Of a stretch of DNA of 64,000 nt, positions 59,577 through 64,000 are shown piece by piece. Origin of the DNA: Zygnema circumcarinatum SAG 698-1b. Taxonomy: Eukaryota > Plantae > Zygnematophyceae. The number at the start of each line of letters is the position of its first letter. Position 1 is the first letter of the stretch. The stretch is taken from contig CM074811.1 in the NCBI GenBank assembly GCA_037447605.1, positions 2,294,001-2,358,000 on the forward strand, given 5' to 3'. The notes beneath the pieces were generated by a model that had not been told where the DNA came from, did no database searches, and was given only the letters and a program-made list of their open reading frames with translations. A program made the position numbers and the translations under genes.

Positions 59577-60510
59577 AATGTGGTTAGGGTTGTGGTGGTA
59601 TGACCTGTTCTTTGTGTGGACACAATGGTTATGTGGCTCATGGCTGATCACTGTTCTAGTAAGTTGCCATTGAAGTTCACAACCTAATGTATGCTGGGGC
59701 TCTAGCATCCTTCTCTATGTCCTTAGATGGCCTCCCACCAGCAGCGGATGCGGGGCAGCATCTGCTCAACATGTACCCCGCGACTCGCACAGGCTTGCAT
59801 GGGCCGGAGGAGGAGGCATAGGCGCACAGGCAGGGGCAGATGCAGGGCAGAGGGGGCTCACCAATTAGTTAGGAAAAAAAATCTGAAATTCGAGTGTGTA
59901 TTTTTGCTATTCATCCTTCAGATGCGATCAGAGGCTGACAGCTTTTCAAAATCTGAGGGGTGTTAAGGGCCCCCTCTGGACATGGGTACGAGGGACGCAC
60001 ATGGCTGCAAGGTGTACATTATTGTATGTTTAGCAACTTCACATTGCAAACATGCTCATGCTTTGACGGATTTCTCGACAACCACAAGATGTCGACTTGT
60101 CGGCAAGTGCCGCTTCTTGTTTCCATTCACAATGTCGTGAACAAACGTCGGCATGTAAAAATGTAGGGGGTGTGCGCGCGTTCTTCATAAGGGCAAACCT
60201 GAACTTGAGCCCCTCAGAACACTCGACATGCTCTCCTTTCCCATCAACTCTATTCAGACCTTCAGCAATTTACAAAAGCTGCCCCTCCCCCCCCCGCCCC
60301 CCCCCCCTTCCCACTGAAAAAAGCAGGAAATATAACTTAACCCTACGCCCCAAAACTCACCCTTTTGTCCGTCCGTCCGTCCATCGATCCATCCATCCCC
60401 CCTTATTGCCCATCTCTAACAAAAACTTGAGCCCGAGTCTGCCTTGCTGTTAAAACAACACCGTGAACAAGAAGTTGCGCCAACATGGGTCTCATGCCCC
60501 CTCGCCCGTC

Positions 60511-62157
60511 CTAGCACGTCGCCGAGTACACCCCTTTTCTCACTTTGACCTTGCAGCCGATCCTTGTGACCAGGCCCTGCAGGGGGTACGCGGGCCCCGT
60601 CAGGACCGTGGACAGCGCCGGACAGCCGTTGACGTACGCGCCGGAAAGCGTCGCCACGACGTTGGTCCCGTCGTACGGACCGACCGTCGGGCCGCCGCTC
60701 ATGCCGCCCTCGACCGAGACGTCCTGGCACAGTATGGAGCTGGAGAACTGGTTGCAACCGAGAGTGACGGCTTTTGACGTCACATCGTACACGAGGCTGA
60801 CGCCATCGTTCGTAACAGCGGGGTACCCAAAATTGGCGCGTGGGTCGGAGCCATTCGGAGCGCTCCACGTGTACGTCTGTCCAGGGAGGGCGCTCTTGAG
60901 CTTGACGACCGCGAGATCTGAGCCGTTCAAAAGCGTGCTCTGCCACGACGGGGCCTGCTGGAACTCCGTGTAGATCTTGACTTCATCATAGTACGCTCCA
61001 AAATACGTGTCGTTATCGCCGGCGCCGTTCACTTGGACGAATGCTGCCAAATTGACGGATCCACCGACCATCCACTTGTCTTTGTCGGTATCGTAAAGAC
61101 AGTGCGCCGCGGTGAGCACGAGAGTGGGCGCAATCATTGCCCCCGAGCACAGGCCGACGGGGCCCGCCCGGGTGACCAGAAGCAATAGGACCACCCCCGA
61201 GCTCAGCCCCGCGTCCTCCAATCCGGGCACCACCCTGGCCGCGGGCAGACCCACGTTGCACGTCGCAAACCCCGCTGGGGCCACACCGCTTTTGGGCTTC
61301 GGGTTCGGCGTGGATCCGCGCAGGATGAACTCGCTGGGGGATCCACCGAACGTGGGTAAACTCATGTACCCGATCAACGGAAGGCCTTTGCGGAGGAGGT
61401 CGATGGGCACTGCCTTCTTGTCCTTCACTATGGGAGCCTTGAAGGAGGAAGTTTCCGGGAAGGTGAGCCCCGCGGATTCTGCCAGCTCCCGGCGTGCCAC
61501 GTGGGACGAAGGCGGTTCCGCACGTGTGGAGGGGATGGAGGTCCCTTCAGGGCGCTCTGGGAGGGATCTGCAGATGCAAAAAATTTAAGAAATTCGAGGT
61601 CAAATATTCATTTAAGATTAACGTTGATACGCTTCGTGCATTGCATTGCCGGAAGGAATCGGGGTGGTTCTATGTATGCACGGAACGCTGAGAATGTTTT
61701 ACTGTCAACAGAACTGACGCCATGTGGCTGATGCGCAATGCAGTTGCTGCAAACGGCGAACAGAACGGAGAACGGAGCGGCGTACATGTGCACGCCGCGG
61801 CCCGCGCGGTCGCGTGACGTGACGCCCTCCCGCCGGCCGCGGTCCGCGCCCTCCGCCCACGAGGAGGCCCCGGACTCTGCGGGGGACAAAGGGCCACGCT
61901 CGAACTCAAACTCAAATTGAAACGCAGACTGAAACTCAAACTGAAACTGGAACTGCAACTGGAACTGAAACTGGAGCTGGAAGATGATGCATATTGCCAC
62001 GTTCCAATGGCTCGGCAGCGTGAATTAGAAGCTGGAGAAGTACACAAAGGAAGGGCGCGCTCTTACCTGCTTCAGGCGCTAGGGCCACCGCGCAGGCGGG
62101 GGCTGAGAGGAGGGCGACGACGAGGCATGCGCGGAGGATGGGAGCGAGGGCGGCCAT
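60511..62157 (-). CDS. Secreted trypsin-fold (clan PA/S1) serine protease with an intact triad (protein B), ~412 aa. Exons: 62157-62067, 61876-61786, 61567-60511
   Basis: Signal peptide MAALAPILRACLVVALLSAPACAVA. Two introns are confined to the signal/pro region (phases 1 and 2 join in frame). CSGAMIAPTLVLTAAHC (His), GSDLAVVKL (Asp) and EGGMSGGP (Ser); FGYP; 8 Cys. Confidence 0.88.
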
Positions 62158-62315
62158 GGCTGCCGCGGGGGGATGAGAGGAGGGGAGGGAGAGAGAGGGG
62201 GGAGAGGGAAGAGAGGGAGGAGAGGGCGAGAGGGAGGGGAGAGAAGTAGGGGAGGGGAGGGAGGAGAGGGATGAGAGGGTGAGAGGGAGGATCGGGAGAG
62301 AGGGGGGGAAGAAGG

Positions 62316-64000
62316 AAGAGAGGGAGGAGAGGGAGGGGCGGGCGGGCGGGCGGGTGAGAGCGCGAGAGAGGGATGTGAGGGAGTGGGAGTGGGAGCTGAC
62401 AAGTGCCAGTTCCGTAGAGAGTGCCTCTTAACCTTGGAAAGTGGAAACGCAAACACATGAGCAGGCCGTACGACACCGACGAAATCTTGTACGTACGAGA
62501 AGGCGAAATTCGTGACGGCGAAATTTGACCACAAAATGACAGATTGGAATCTTTTGGCGGTTGAAAATTGCCGGAGGGTCATCGGCCGACAAACAAGCAA
62601 ACGACGAACAAAGCTTTCAAGATTCGGATCTTGACCTTCGCAACCGGTCCCTAATTGTACCGCCAGAGGACAAAGTGTTGTACGGACGATGTCGGCGTCT
62701 TGTCCGCGTCAACGCCATTCAAAGCGTCAGTCTGTGGCGTGCAATGGTGACGCGTGGCCAGCATTTTGGACCGTGCGTTAGGCTTTTTGGCTTTCCCTAA
62801 AATCGACTAGAGTAGCGGACGTCGATTAAACCTCCCCCGAAATTTCGACATGAAAGGTACTCTTTCAGGAGCACTCTCCCATTCTTTGGGCGTCCGCTAA
62901 GCGGCAGTCCGGCCTCGGGGGGATGCGGCGTTGGTCCCAAGGCGCCGATGGCCATGAGAGCGCAGGGCCTTGTAGGAGAATTCCAATTGAAATTTCTAAA
63001 AATGGTCAGGCCGTCTTATAGAAACACTTTTAGAATGGCCGGACAATTGTACGCATGTACGGACATAAGGCGTAACTGTACGACCAGTGCGAGCGCAAAT
63101 CAAGTTGAAATTCATTGGTCGTACGGTCATGTGAAAAGTGTTCTATAACTCTGAAACTTTTAGGCATTAGAACGTTCTAATTCTGAAATCTAAAACTTTG
63201 AAAGCAGCTTGTACGGAAAAATGTAAGTTGTTAGTCCGTACACGTCCTTGGCCTGTACCGCACCAACCAGTGCTGCGCATCGATTATGTCCGCACACGCC
63301 AAACTTGTCGTGCAGGCTTCGTAAAGACATGCATATGTGTCGATTTACAAGGCCCAGGTAGTGTTCGTACCGTTCCGTACGCTTCTTTTCTTTGCTTTTC
63401 TTGTCCTTTCGTGAACAGCAAGGAAATGTACAAAACCATACTGCAAAGTACGGACAAGCTTTGATCGGCGGCGGCTCGATCCTATAAAGTGAGCGTCGTG
63501 TCGAGGTCCAAGCAACGCGCTCCGCTTCCCATCCTCCTCCCTCTCGCTCTATCTTTCTATCTCGCTCTCGCTCTCTGTCTCTCTCTCGCGTCTCTCCGCA
63601 GCAGCCATGGCCGTCCTCCTCACCCTCCTGCCCCTCCTCCTTGCGGCCCTGCTTCCTGCGGCAGCGGCGGGCTCTCTTCCAACCGTCACAGTGGCCGCCT
63701 CGAAGGACGTTTCTCTTTCTGCCAAAGCTATAGGTCAATTGTCCCTCTCGGGCAACATGTCCCTCCCCCTCGCCGTCAGCAAGGGCGGCGTGGCTCCCAA
63801 GGGCTTCCTCACCTGCAACACGGGCTCCCCTCCATGGCCGGCCTCCCTCGTCGTGCCGGGCTTCGAGGAGACCGGCCTCGCCTCCGGCGTGGTTCTGCTC
63901 TACTTCACATTCGCCTCCACCGGCCGCACATTCCGCGCCTGCTCGGGGACTCTTATTGCGCCTACTCTCGTGGCTACCGCCGCTTCGTGCGTCTATGACA
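62316..64000. repeat. Next tandem unit: identical by eye to 53446-55130 (offset 8870)
   Basis: Identical ORFs at a constant offset (53691/62561, 54078/62948, 54320/63190). Confidence 0.9.
63607..64000 (+). CDS. Second copy of the dead protease homologue (A'), truncated by the window end
   Basis: Same sequence as 54737-55130, including the ATAASC His->Ser motif. Confidence 0.85.
   Translation, partial: MAVLLTLLPLLLAALLPAAAAGSLPTVTVAASKDVSLSAKAIGQLSLSGNMSLPLAVSKGGVAPKGFLTCNTGSPPWPASLVVPGFEETGLASGVVLLYFTFASTGRTFRACSGTLIAPTLVATAASCVYD

Noticed and set aside
1-64000. tRNA, rRNA, snRNA genes and autonomous transposons
   Set aside because: No T-loop/cloverleaf, rRNA-like tract or transposase/RT motif was recognised by eye. 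tRNAscan-SE, Infernal and RepeatMasker would be needed to exclude them formally.

Overview
Gene-dense, intron-rich eukaryotic DNA from a green plant. The organism is not determined; a streptophyte alga or early-diverging land plant is my inference from protein divergence, gene density and GA/CT-rich introns. Exon models were built by hand from GT/GC-AG junctions with phase checks. From left to right: LARP1 (runs off the left edge), a PRAT/Tim17-22-23-like gene, ZFPL1, an MFT-like PEBP gene, a 245-bp MITE, an N-myristoylated RLCK-type kinase, a >1000-aa orphan ORF, NDC80, an ~808-aa six-exon orphan gene, an array of ATCYDACGGC-type motifs, NAA20 and HAT1. From about 50.2 kb to the end lies a tandem array with an ~8.87-kb unit, interrupted by two 10-N gaps. 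Each unit carries a head-to-head pair of secreted trypsin-fold proteins: one has an intact His-Asp-Ser triad and the other has His->Ser and Ser->Gly. The pair shares a GTAC-rich divergent promoter and is accompanied by broken remnants of a BRCT/NBS1-like gene and a 2OG-Fe(II) dioxygenase. This active/dead protease pair is the most novel-looking system. The MFT-like gene with a possible signal-peptide extension is second. No CRISPR array, rRNA or tRNA was seen.
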